NCBI GenBank assembly: GCA_030167865.1
Contig: JALAGF010006194.1
Span: 1 to 44,190, forward strand
From: Craspedostauros australis
Taxonomy: Eukaryota
Direction of reading: 5' to 3'
Length of the DNA stretch: 44,190 bases
Position numbers and translations under genes: made by a program. The notes below the pieces were generated by a model. The model made no database searches. It was not told the DNA's origin and worked only from the letters and a program-made list of their open reading frames with translations. Positions 1 through 9,871 of the stretch are shown piece by piece; position 1 is the first letter of the stretch; each line of letters begins with the position of its first letter.

Positions 1-2
1 GC

Positions 3-2237
3 AGCAACCATGACGGCGACGACTATGACGATGGTGGAAGCAAGACAGATGACAGTGTCTCCAGCGAAACAACCGATCATAATTGCGATGTGATCGCCGA
101 CGAAGAAGATGACGATATCGATATCGCCGCCGACTCACGCGATAACAACACACTCATCACCCCAACCCCAATCGTCGGAAATGAACGCGGGAACCGAGAC
201 AACACTCCAACAGAAGAACAACACTCCAACACAGACAACAATCGCATGCGTACAAGACGCGGTCCACGAGTGGACTACTACAAGCTACACCATACAGGAC
301 GGGATGGAGCACACGCCACGATGATACAGTTGGGTGCACCGAACAACGGAATACCGGAAAATGAGACATCGGCATGCACTTTTGTTACAGAGCAGATGAA
401 CTGGAAACAAGGACTGAAACAATTCCATGAGCGAGGCGAAGAAGCAATCAGCAGAGAACTCCAACAGGTCCATGATATGGAGGGCTTCGAGCCCAAGCAC
501 TGGCATCAGCTCACTCATGACGAGCGAAGGAAGGCACTGCGATATCTCATGTATTTGAAAGAGAAAAGGAGTGGGATTATCAAGGGTCGTGGATGTGCTG
601 ATGGGCGCAAGCAGCGTCTATACATGACAAAAGATGAGACGAGCTCGCCCACAGTATCACTGTTGGGACTCATGTTCACTTGTGTTATTGATGCACAAGA
701 AAATCGTGATGTCGCAACCGTTGATGTGCCAGGCGCATTTCTGCACGCAAAATTCGACGATGACGATGTTGTGCACGTTCTCATCGAGGGAAGAATGGCT
801 GAAATCCTGGGGAAAATCGCCCCAGACGTGTATGATGAGTACATCCACAAGAAACGTGGACAATCGGCTATATACGTCAAGCTCACAAGGGCACTCTACG
901 GTACACTCAAGGCAGCTCTATGCTGGTGGAAACACCTCACCACAACGCTGGAGGAGGACGGGTTCACTATTAACCCATATGACTGGTGCATCGCGAACAA
1001 GGTTGTGAACGGTAAACAGTGCACAGTGGTATGGCATGTGGACGATCTGAAAATATCACATGTGGATGAGCATGTCGTGAGTGATGTCATCGGTATGTTG
1101 AACAAAGCATATGGACAGAGAACACCGCTAACAGTCACTCGAGGCAAGGTACACGAATACTTGGGGATGCGACTCGACTACTCTACGCCAAACAAAATCA
1201 TCATCGACATGGCCGAATACATCGATGGCATCATTGAAGGAGTGCCTGGGGACATGTCGGGCATAGCAGCAACTCCAGCTGCGAATCACTTATTCAACAT
1301 CAATGAGGACAATCCGACCAAGCTAGACAGTGACACTGCCGACATGTTTCATCACAACGTCGCAAAACTGCTATTCCTCTGCAAGCGAGCGAGACCAGAC
1401 ATCCAAACCGCAGTGTCTTTTCTATGTACTAGGGTCAAATCCCCTGACACTGACGACTACAAGAAACTCGCCCGTGTTGTCAAATACCTACGCGGAACAC
1501 GCAACCTAACACTTGCGCTCGGTGGGTCGGCGCTCAAGGACATCAGATGGTGGGTTGACGGATCATTCGGTGTCCATGACAACATGCGCAGCCACACAGG
1601 AGCATGTCTGTCCGCAGGAGGAGGTGTGATATACGCCACATCATCCAAACAAAAACTGAACACCAGGAGCTCCACAGAAGCCGAACTTGTGGCAGTCGAC
1701 GACGTCATGCCGCAGGTGTTATGGGCACGCTATTTCCTACAGGAGCAAGGTGTCGACCTTGGTCCCACGACCATCTATCAGGACAACCAGAGCGCAATGC
1801 TCCTGGAACAAAATGGTCGGGGTTCAAGCAGCAAACGAACTCGTCACATCAGCATGCGGTTTTTCTTTGCCACAGACCGAATTGAAAAAGGAGACATCAC
1901 CGTCGAGTACTGTCCCACTGATGACATGCTCGGAGATTTCTTCACAAAGCCATTGCAAGGGACCAAATTCAGAATGTTCCGGGATATCATCCTCAACCAC
2001 CATGCTGGTGATACCACCAAGGTCAAGTCATACAAGGAAGCCTTGGTGGGATCAAAGGAGTGTGTTGGGGAAGACACCTACATTCCCGGTCTACCTGTGG
2101 TTTCGGAGCATCCCGACGAAGACCAGACCAGGCAAGGAAAACCAACCGAGACCACACAATCGCTGCGCCAAGTCAGCGATAAGATCACAGCAACAGCAAA
2201 CAACAACAAAGAGAGAGAGAGCAAACAAACACCATAA
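3..2237 (+). CDS. Copia polyprotein C-terminal part: reverse transcriptase + RNase H (5'-partial)
   Basis: The frame is open from base 3 (AGC AAC CAT GAC...). RT motifs: KGRGCADGRKQR, SSPTV, DVPGAFL, LYGTLKAA, WHVDD, YLGM. RNase H motifs: WWVDGSF, SSTEAE, YQDNQSA, KRTRHI, DFFTKPLQG. Stop at 2235-2237, inside the putative LTR. Confidence 0.95.
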   Translation, partial: SNHDGDDYDDGGSKTDDSVSSETTDHNCDVIADEEDDDIDIAADSRDNNTLITPTPIVGNERGNRDNTPTEEQHSNTDNNRMRTRRGPRVDYYKLHHTGRDGAHATMIQLGAPNNGIPENETSACTFVTEQMNWKQGLKQFHERGEEAISRELQQVHDMEGFEPKHWHQLTHDERRKALRYLMYLKEKRSGIIKGRGCADGRKQRLYMTKDETSSPTVSLLGLMFTCVIDAQENRDVATVDVPGAFLHAKFDDDDVVHVLIEGRMAEILGKIAPDVYDEYIHKKRGQSAIYVKLTRALYGTLKAALCWWKHLTTTLEEDGFTINPYDWCIANKVVNGKQCTVVWHVDDLKISHVDEHVVSDVIGMLNKAYGQRTPLTVTRGKVHEYLGMRLDYSTPNKIIIDMAEYIDGIIEGVPGDMSGIAATPAANHLFNINEDNPTKLDSDTADMFHHNVAKLLFLCKRARPDIQTAVSFLCTRVKSPDTDDYKKLARVVKYLRGTRNLTLALGGSALKDIRWWVDGSFGVHDNMRSHTGACLSAGGGVIYATSSKQKLNTRSSTEAELVAVDDVMPQVLWARYFLQEQGVDLGPTTIYQDNQSAMLLEQNGRGSSSKRTRHISMRFFFATDRIEKGDITVEYCPTDDMLGDFFTKPLQGTKFRMFRDIILNHHAGDTTKVKSYKEALVGSKECVGEDTYIPGLPVVSEHPDEDQTRQGKPTETTQSLRQVSDKITATANNNKERESKQTP

Positions 2238-2352
2238 AAATCAATTGTAACTATCTGATTTACCACCCATACAATCACACAGTAACATCGTCTGGAACTG
2301 TCCTTCGGCTCAAAGCCGGGTAGAGACCGGCGAGAGCGCTGTTGTTACAACA
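2063..2352 (+). repeat. Putative 3' LTR of the copia element (290 bp)
   Basis: Begins TGTTGG right after the PPT-like aaaggagtg and ends CAACA, giving a 5-bp terminal inverted repeat. An alternative end at CAACA 2517 cannot be excluded without the 5' LTR. Confidence 0.65.
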
Positions 2353-2825
2353 GTGTTGGCTGGGTGGCTGGTATAATGTATTCTAATACAATAGGTACGA
2401 GTTGGGAATGGGTTAACCTTGGGAAATCGAGAATGAATGAACAAACAAACAGCTGAATCGATGAATGGTCCGATCAACCAACCAACCAATCAACTGTCGT
2501 AACTGTTGTGATCAACAGGTTCGCACCACAGCCTCGAACAATACTCAGATTTGCCAAACGTGGAAACGAGAACAACACCACCAGAAAGAACAGGATTGCG
2601 TGATGATTCTGACACCAATTCCTCCCAACACGGAAGGAGAAACACAACAGTTGCTCTCGCGAAGAAATCGTTGGATGATGCGGTAAAATACAAGTTATTT
2701 ATATTTATTCAAATCAAGCTAAACTCCAAATGTAGGCTGCGATGCTACGCAAACGCACAACAAGAGTGACACGATGAACGGCATCATCGTGCTCAACTCG
2801 CACTGATCTCCAATGCAAGTTCATG

Positions 2826-4460
2826 TCAAGATGGATGCATCATAGTTCCAGCCTCCAACTGACTCGGTGGCAACCATTGGTGCACCATCGCCCGTCGCAC
2901 CCCTCGGCAATGTCGCAGGGCCACCATTCTCGTTTGTGTCGTTCGGATCTTGTTCAGATCAGGGCAGCGCACATCGACCTGCTGCAATCCGGAACATCCG
3001 CTGAGGTTCAATTCTTGTAAATTGACAGCATCCACCTCCAAAGTATGGAGCCGGTGCAGGCATGATAGATTCAGCTTTTGCAACGACGCCGCATCTCGAA
3101 TCACCAGCGTTTCGAGGCACATGCACCAGGTCGTCTGCGAGTGTGGATGCGTTGGCGTGTGTAGACGTTGATTGGATTGCGATTAAGCAGGGCATATCGA
3201 TTATGCCATACGTATCATATGATAGTAGTCGACAGTGAATCAGGAATTGTGGCAGAAAAGGCAGCGTGAGATGCAATTCATACGCACAGATGGATGATTG
3301 ATTATTTGCTGCATGGAGCTGTGGATGGATGGCATCCTTGTGTCTGATCTTTCAAATGAAAATTCAGCACACACACATTACATATAATAGCACATACGCC
3401 CGGCTTGGTTCAGCTTGAATATACTTACAATGATGCTCCTCATCGATTCGCTTGCTATGTGGGCTTCTTTCAGCCCATCGCAGCAAGTGAGGTCCACGTG
3501 CCTGACCTTCGATCCATGTAAGTCAAGGGACTGCAAACTGGAGCACTTCACCAGCTTCAACGTTTCGAGTTCGGGCACAGTCAACAGGACCTGTGCCAAC
3601 GCCTTCGACGAGAGCTTGACGCAAAATGAAAGATCCAAGCATTGTAGCTTCGGGCACTGGAATTCCGGGAACCGTACCAATCCAAAACCTCCCACCAACG
3701 CAAGCCGGCGCAGCTCATCGAATCGAATGGTTGGGGTGCACAGTCGGGCGCAATGTTTGATGCAAAGCTCCTCCAGCTTTGGTCGTGAAATGGACGATAT
3801 GTCGTGGATCGTGCCATCGCGCAATGCGGATGACTGTCTGATCCGCAACCGCCTCAGCGAACCGCAAGAATCACGGATCAGATCCGCGATGGACATGCGG
3901 ATGGATCCGCCCTTCAGCTCCAGCGTGTGAAGATTGGGCAGGCACAGCGAAGTGAGACACCAGTACGACAACGTGCTGCCGCCCAAGCTGAGGTCCTCCA
4001 ACATGTTGGAGCATGGGGCTTTGTTGATCTTGTCCACAATCTCATCGCCCGCCCTCGCCGCTCCTTGCAGATGCAGCGTGTTGAGCTGCCTATGCCGACG
4101 CAGCAGACCATCGATCTCGCCGACGACGAGCTGTGTCGTCATCCGCAACGTCGATGATACGGAAACCGTATGGTAAAGGTTTGCGCTGATGGTCTCGATC
4201 GCTGCGTGATCTGGCTGGCACAAAAATGAAAGGATGATGTCCATAGAATCGGTTGGCAAGAGATCCAATCGGCACGTCACGCATGTGTTGCTTGGATGAC
4301 TCCACGCACGCGTAGGTGGAACACCGAATCGCCGGATCCCCTCCAGTCCTGTCATCGTTCTAGGCCCTCTATCATGAGTCAGCGTTGCTGGTGCTGAAGT
4401 TGCCGCTGTTGCCATTGCTGCTGTTGCTGCTGTTATCGCTTCCGTCTGAGTGATGGACAT
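2826..4460 (-). CDS. F-box/leucine-rich repeat (FBXL-type) protein; exons 4460-3429 and 3134-2826
   Basis: F-box-like LDLLPTDSMDIILSFL followed by Cys-containing LRRs (LEELCIKHC, LQCLDLSFC, LETLKLVKC). A phase-0 intron 3428-3135 (GTAAGT...GCAG on the minus strand) joins in frame to further LRRs (LQKLNLSC, LQELNLSGC). Confidence 0.8.
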
Positions 4461-4867
4461 GGTTGTCGCATTCAGCGTGCTTTCTCAGGAATCGGTGTGC
4501 TTCCTTGATAGAATGGTATGGTGCGGCAACGATGGAAGCTATTTTGGAACAACGTGCGGTGACTTGGTGGGAAGGTCGCACCGATGATGATTCCCTCTCG
4601 TCGCACCCCATCACGAACGAAACAGAACACATGGGAGTTGCGAGGAGATGGCAACTCCGTCGATTCTCTTTCTTTGACACTGTTGGTCCAATGAGTCGAA
4701 CCACGAATGGCCGCGACGTTGGAGTTCGCATTCCATTCGACTGATCAGCGCGCTCTGTTTGGTGTGCATAGCTCGTGCGACCAGTCCACTCTGTTCTGCC
4801 CTATCCTATTTGCATTCTATTATTATTGCTAAAATTGTACTCACTGGAGAGTGCGTCACATTCTACT

Positions 4868-7800
4868 CTATCTTTCTGTTGCGGGCGAATGATCGCTGTG
4901 GCAAACCAAGCCATCGCCTTCTTCAATCCACCTGTGTGCTGCCTGGGAGCTGTCACAGCTGCGCGTTCGCAGGAACAGGCCGAACGTGATCTGCCCATTG
5001 CGTCTGCGGTACTTGGCCAAGGCACGCAAAGTCCTGCCTCTCCGCCCAGTGACGGGATCGTAGTCCACCATGGCGCATCGTGCGCATTCGCCAACCACAT
5101 CGAACTGAAGCTTGCTGGATACCAATGCTGCTGCTGTTCCTCCTGCCACTGTTGTTGCGGTTGTTAATGACGGCTGCGTTCGATTCCTGACTTCGATTCG
5201 CCTCCATGAATCTTCTTCTGTTTGAATGCTGGTGTTGGTGTTGGGATTGTCTATGCCCACAACGATATTGCCTCTGAATTGTTTGGAGTCAACGCCGCTC
5301 TGCCCTTGGTCAGCAAGAACCTGGTTGAGCGTGGAAACGGCATTCTCCGTCAAAAGCAGGATCGGTTGCTCGTTCGCAAATGCGACAGTCGCATCTCTTG
5401 TGAGTTGCTGCAGAGGTTGCTTCTGCATGCCATATCGCGCCAAGAAACACGGGACGCCGAGGAATTCGGTGATCCATCGACTGACTTCGACTGTGCCCCA
5501 AGCTCTCCCGCTGCATTTGTTTCCACAGACGCTGACGACTTGCTCGGACACCGCGTCCAGCTGCGTCTGAGACGATCGCAGATCGACGGCCACATCTCGC
5601 ATGCCCGGAGCGGACAGGGTCATCGTCATTGTTCGCAGGTCGATTCTCGGTTGTATCAATGCCATCTTCGGATATCGTTGCAGGCGCATGGCAATCCCAG
5701 CTGTATCCACGAACGCGAATTCGCGGTCGTACAACAGCCTGCCGGATGGTTGGGAGACTTGCCAGCGTGACACACGTTGCGACGCGCAACTCTTGATTGG
5801 GAAGATGTAGAGCTTGCGGATCGTTGCTATCTGCGGTGCAAGTGCACGGGATGGCGCTTGCGCCAACGCTGGCATGTCGTCCACGAAATGGCGTCGCAAG
5901 AACTCCACGAGCGCATCCATGTCTTCCCACAGACTGTCCTTGCCAAAGCTGACACGAATCGCACCTGTGGGACGTGCATGGATGAGATCCATGTGGTCAC
6001 CGCAGACGTGTCCATTGACCTGATGATTCGCGATGAGCTCGTCATCCGTCCATTCCAACGCCGCTTGGCAGGCGCCGGCGTTGCAGAAGCAACCCGTGCG
6101 AAACTGAATCGGTGGATTCTGCAGTTGGGCCAACTTTGCGACTTCGTTGTAGCCCACGAAGGAACCGTCGCTTCTGCGCACGTTGAATGTGACGATCGAT
6201 GATCCTGCGCATGTCTCGTTGCTGGATTCCCATTCGCCGTACAGCTGAACGACGGCAACGTCCGATCCATGTCTCAAAGCCCGCAGCCTCTTCGCAAATT
6301 CGTTGGACAACGATTGAACGTGGCTGGCGACGCATTCCATACCTCCCAACCTGCGAATCTCTTCGAATCCGAATTGCAATGACGCAATGCCATGAAAATG
6401 GCATGTGCCGTTCGTCATCGAGGATTGGATGGGACGCGGCACGACGTAGTTCTGATTGGCGAGAACCATGTCTACGGAGCCTCCGCCAAAGTAGCTACTT
6501 TCAGTTTGCAACATTCGCTCCGATCCTTTCTTGATTAGCAATGCTCCCAATCCTGTGGGTGCACCGAACAGCTTGTAGAAAGATAAGCACGCAAAATCTG
6601 GATCCAGCTCTCGCAGATGGATTGGCGAGGTTGCAGCTGCCTTGGCGACATCCAGCAAAATGGCCCAACGTGAGGAATCGTTGCGCCTCGCCCTGCATCG
6701 CTGCTCTTTCATCTGGGCAAGATCCGGAATTGCGCCGCTCCCAAAGTTGCATTCCAATGGTACTGCAACCAAGTGAGGCGTTGTGTCACTGTCGCTGTTT
6801 TTAGGCTGCCCGTCTTCGCGACTTGTACCCTGATGAGCATGTTGCTCCGGTTCGTCGATGCGTGACATGGACGCCGCAATCTGACCCATCGGCACGCATT
6901 CATACCGCGCACCGTGTGCGATTGCCGATCCTCTCATTCCAACGACGGACGTGTGTGAATTCTGCGCATACATAAACGTTGAAGAGCGATTCCATCGAAA
7001 GCGTTCCGCAATCAACCGCAGAGCGTCGGTCGTCCCACTCGTGAAAATCACATCGTAGCCCGAATGGTGATCCGCATCATTCGCCGTCGGATTGTCGTTG
7101 CGCAAATACGCGTGCTTGCCAGGCGTCGCGTTGAGAAACCGAAGGACGTCTTGCTTGGCCTGTTCAATCATGACCGACGTGCGGGACGCGGCAGGGCCAG
7201 TGGAATGCGGATTGGCAAGAATCTGATGATGACGATGACGGGGATCAGGAAGAAAGATGTCATGGGTGCTGACCCACTGCGATTTGGAAACCAATGCAGC
7301 ACCAGCGTAGTCCAGATACACTTCTCGTTCGGTGTGAAGTGCCTCGGTGGCTGATGCTTTGATTCCCAATGGATGGATCAAGGTTGGAAACTCGTGGTGC
7401 CGCCATGCATCGATGAAGCCTTTTGCAGAGTCGCCATACCCATAGTTATGACCATTGCGCTGCAAGAAGTCCTGCTTTCGTCTCCAAGCTTCCGAATCTT
7501 GCATTGGGGAGGGCCTTCGAAAGAAAGAATTGATCATCCTTTCATGGAGTCGGAAGAGACCCTCCATCTTGATACACTCCAACGGAGACTGTCGGGATGG
7601 AAAGCCGCGGGAACTTGCCCATGCTTCGGGTGATGTTTTGGATATCCGCTGTATTCGCCAACGCCAACGCCATTGCAACACCGCAATGGAAAGTCCCATG
7701 GCCATGACGACGAGCATCAGCACGTCCGTAGTCTGCAGTTCAGATGTTGCAGATTGTTGCTGCCGCAGGGAACTGCCCAAGTGCACGTTCATCCGTTCTT

Positions 7801-8152
7801 TCGTGTTGGATGCGTTGCTTTCGACAATGCACAGCGCAGAACTTGAGACGGAAATCTCTTGACACATCCCATCGCTCATTGCTCCCGTTGTCAAGCTCCG
7901 TGGAATCGCGGAGGAAGTTTCGCCGTGCGCGCCTTCGAGCTGATGAGAATGGACATGATCATGAGCTTGTTCCAAAGCGTTGCTTGCCATGCTCATCATT
8001 CGACACAATGTGCTGTTCAGGTAGGCGAAGCAAAATACTTTGGTCTCTCCACCAATAGAGAGAGCATGTCGAGTCGATTGTGATGTGCGCAGTGGTTGAA
8101 AAGATCGTGGATTGAGCAGCAACGATGACGATGACAGTGGCCACAGCGACAT
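4868..8152 (-). CDS. MOCOS: Molybdenum cofactor sulfurase (ABA3/MOCOS/HxB): PLP NifS-like domain + MOSC domains; true start uncertain
   Basis: YLDYAGA, ANPHS, FTSGTT, NSHTSVVGMR, PLP-lysine motif SFYKLFGAPTGLGAL, persulfide Cys motif RTGCFCN, GAIRVSFG. MOSC_N motifs LYIFPIKSC and DREF; MOSC motifs FANE, FRGNIVV, CARC. Confidence 0.92.
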   Translation of the reverse strand: MSLWPLSSSSLLLNPRSFQPLRTSQSTRHALSIGGETKVFCFAYLNSTLCRMMSMASNALEQAHDHVHSHQLEGAHGETSSAIPRSLTTGAMSDGMCQEISVSSSALCIVESNASNTKERMNVHLGSSLRQQQSATSELQTTDVLMLVVMAMGLSIAVLQWRWRWRIQRISKTSPEAWASSRGFPSRQSPLECIKMEGLFRLHERMINSFFRRPSPMQDSEAWRRKQDFLQRNGHNYGYGDSAKGFIDAWRHHEFPTLIHPLGIKASATEALHTEREVYLDYAGAALVSKSQWVSTHDIFLPDPRHRHHQILANPHSTGPAASRTSVMIEQAKQDVLRFLNATPGKHAYLRNDNPTANDADHHSGYDVIFTSGTTDALRLIAERFRWNRSSTFMYAQNSHTSVVGMRGSAIAHGARYECVPMGQIAASMSRIDEPEQHAHQGTSREDGQPKNSDSDTTPHLVAVPLECNFGSGAIPDLAQMKEQRCRARRNDSSRWAILLDVAKAAATSPIHLRELDPDFACLSFYKLFGAPTGLGALLIKKGSERMLQTESSYFGGGSVDMVLANQNYVVPRPIQSSMTNGTCHFHGIASLQFGFEEIRRLGGMECVASHVQSLSNEFAKRLRALRHGSDVAVVQLYGEWESSNETCAGSSIVTFNVRRSDGSFVGYNEVAKLAQLQNPPIQFRTGCFCNAGACQAALEWTDDELIANHQVNGHVCGDHMDLIHARPTGAIRVSFGKDSLWEDMDALVEFLRRHFVDDMPALAQAPSRALAPQIATIRKLYIFPIKSCASQRVSRWQVSQPSGRLLYDREFAFVDTAGIAMRLQRYPKMALIQPRIDLRTMTMTLSAPGMRDVAVDLRSSQTQLDAVSEQVVSVCGNKCSGRAWGTVEVSRWITEFLGVPCFLARYGMQKQPLQQLTRDATVAFANEQPILLLTENAVSTLNQVLADQGQSGVDSKQFRGNIVVGIDNPNTNTSIQTEEDSWRRIEVRNRTQPSLTTATTVAGGTAAALVSSKLQFDVVGECARCAMVDYDPVTGRRGRTLRALAKYRRRNGQITFGLFLRTRSCDSSQAAHRWIEEGDGLVCHSDHSPATER

Positions 8153-8471
8153 GCGTCACCTTCGTTGAGCGCTCATCTTTGTGTGCGTGTTGCCTCGCCT
8201 TGTTTTGTTCTTGTTCTCTTTTCTTTTTCGGAATCGTGTTTGTGCGGAATCTTTCCTTGACGTCATGTCAATCAGTGACTCCAACTCGTGAATGAGAGAA
8301 TACTACGAACCGTTTCACGATCTAATCTAGACCAATTTTCTTGCGCATTCCGTCTTGTCATTCCAGAGGAACATCATACTACTCTACTCTGCTCTACTGT
8401 ACTATAATCAACTGTGCCATGCTGCATCTCATCCGTCATGCATTGAATGATGTTATGCTAGTACGATGCAT

Positions 8472-9578
8472 TCACGGCACGATCATCGCGACGTAATGAT
8501 TGGGACGCACCTGATGTGATGCATCGAATGGATCTTCGTACACGACGCGGCTGGCGAATGGATTCTCGTGGTACTCCACGTCACGAATACCGTACGTATC
8601 TCGCAGCAATTGGGCATCGCGCTCTACATCCACATCGGAATGGGCCGTTATCAAGATGGGTTTGATGGCATCGCCCACAAGCAATGCATCGAGAGTGGGT
8701 TTCCAACCCTCGCGTAGATTGTTGTGCGCGAAACCAGGATTCAGTATGACATGCGCGTCCCAAATGGAGCGTCTATCCGCGGGAATGTCATGAAAGAAAC
8801 CGCGGTAGGTCCACCGTAGTTCGATCCTGGCCGTCGCATTCTCATGGCCATCGTCGTCGTCATTAGTATCGTCCTTCGCAATTGAGCATTCTACGATGTG
8901 TGGCTTGACTTTGGGATGCACGAACGTGTCAGGTCCGATGAAATCAAGGCAAAGGCGTGGCGCGCCATTGTGTGCTGCGTGTCTGCTGCTGCCGCACAAC
9001 AGAAACTCTTGCCACAGATGATGCGGTATCGTCGATTCAGCTCTGGCACCCAGACATGACCATCGCAGATTTCTGTCAGCGGATGTTGTTGAGTTCAGAT
9101 GCGCACTGCTATTACGACTACGAAATCGCTGGTGGAAGGATGCAATCGTCAGTGGAGCCGATAGAATGTGACTGACCAGCGCCACGGCGCGTTCTTCTGG
9201 GGCTTCCGATGGGAAGATCCATCGTCGCCATGACAAGTACTCCTCGAAGGACGCGAATTCCATGTCGTCGGTACCTTGGTCATCTCTGCTGTTAACAAGG
9301 TCAGGAAAGAGGACGGCGGGATCGATCCTTGGAGGAACCAGACACTGCTCGGCAACGGAACTATTCTCTCGTGCCCAGCGCAGAGTTGCATCTTCATTCT
9401 TTCCAGCCGAAGACGACGCCGCTCTTCTTCCTGTGGTTCTGGTCGTGCGATGCCTCGGATGGCGGTATACCATCTGCCACAATTCCCCATCACATTCTTG
9501 ATGGCAAGTGGTAGATGGGCGCAGCCGTATGCGTGCAATCGTCGACATCAAGCCGTTGGTACATGCGATACTTGCCAT
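8472..9578 (-). CDS. MSS51/ZMYND15 C-terminal-like domain protein, possibly organelle-targeted
   Basis: Motif series LSAPLTI ... LGARAE ... LDFIGPD ... LNPGF ... W.PTL ... ITAHS..D ... ENPFAS ... NHY resembles the MSS51 C-terminal family. Likely ATG at 9578 (MASIAC...), with an Arg/Ser/Thr-rich N-terminus. Confidence 0.6.
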   Translation of the reverse strand: MASIACTNGLMSTIARIRLRPSTTCHQECDGELWQMVYRHPRHRTTRTTGRRAASSSAGKNEDATLRWARENSSVAEQCLVPPRIDPAVLFPDLVNSRDDQGTDDMEFASFEEYLSWRRWIFPSEAPEERAVALVSHILSAPLTIASFHQRFRSRNSSAHLNSTTSADRNLRWSCLGARAESTIPHHLWQEFLLCGSSRHAAHNGAPRLCLDFIGPDTFVHPKVKPHIVECSIAKDDTNDDDDGHENATARIELRWTYRGFFHDIPADRRSIWDAHVILNPGFAHNNLREGWKPTLDALLVGDAIKPILITAHSDVDVERDAQLLRDTYGIRDVEYHENPFASRVVYEDPFDASHQVRPNHYVAMIVP

Positions 9579-9871
9579 CTTCCTCTTTCGATCGGAGTGC
9601 TTTGTGGTTGTCAGAAGATGTGAGTTGTGTGGACAGTTGAGATCTTTGGCACGCACGAAGACCCGAAATCGGTTCGGATCGCTATGGATTGTGGTCTGTC
9701 CGACGCATCGACGGATACTTCACCGGGAGATCCCCGGCCGAGCGCAATCACCAGCGAGAGGTACCAATACTCCTCAATGTACATCTCTGGAGACTTTCCT
9801 GTCGTAGTATTATATCGTATTATATTACATATACAATAGCATCTCTTCCATTATACATGAAATACATTATT

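Larger units (their letters stand above)
1..2352 (+). mobile_element. Ty1/copia (diatom CoDi-like) LTR retrotransposon, 3' portion (pol RT-RNaseH + 3' LTR); 5' part lies outside the window
   Basis: Uninterrupted pol ORF with copia RT/RNase H motifs, followed by a purine-rich tract (atcaaaggagtg, 2051-2062) and a TGTTG...CAACA-bounded segment (2063-2352). Confidence 0.92.
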
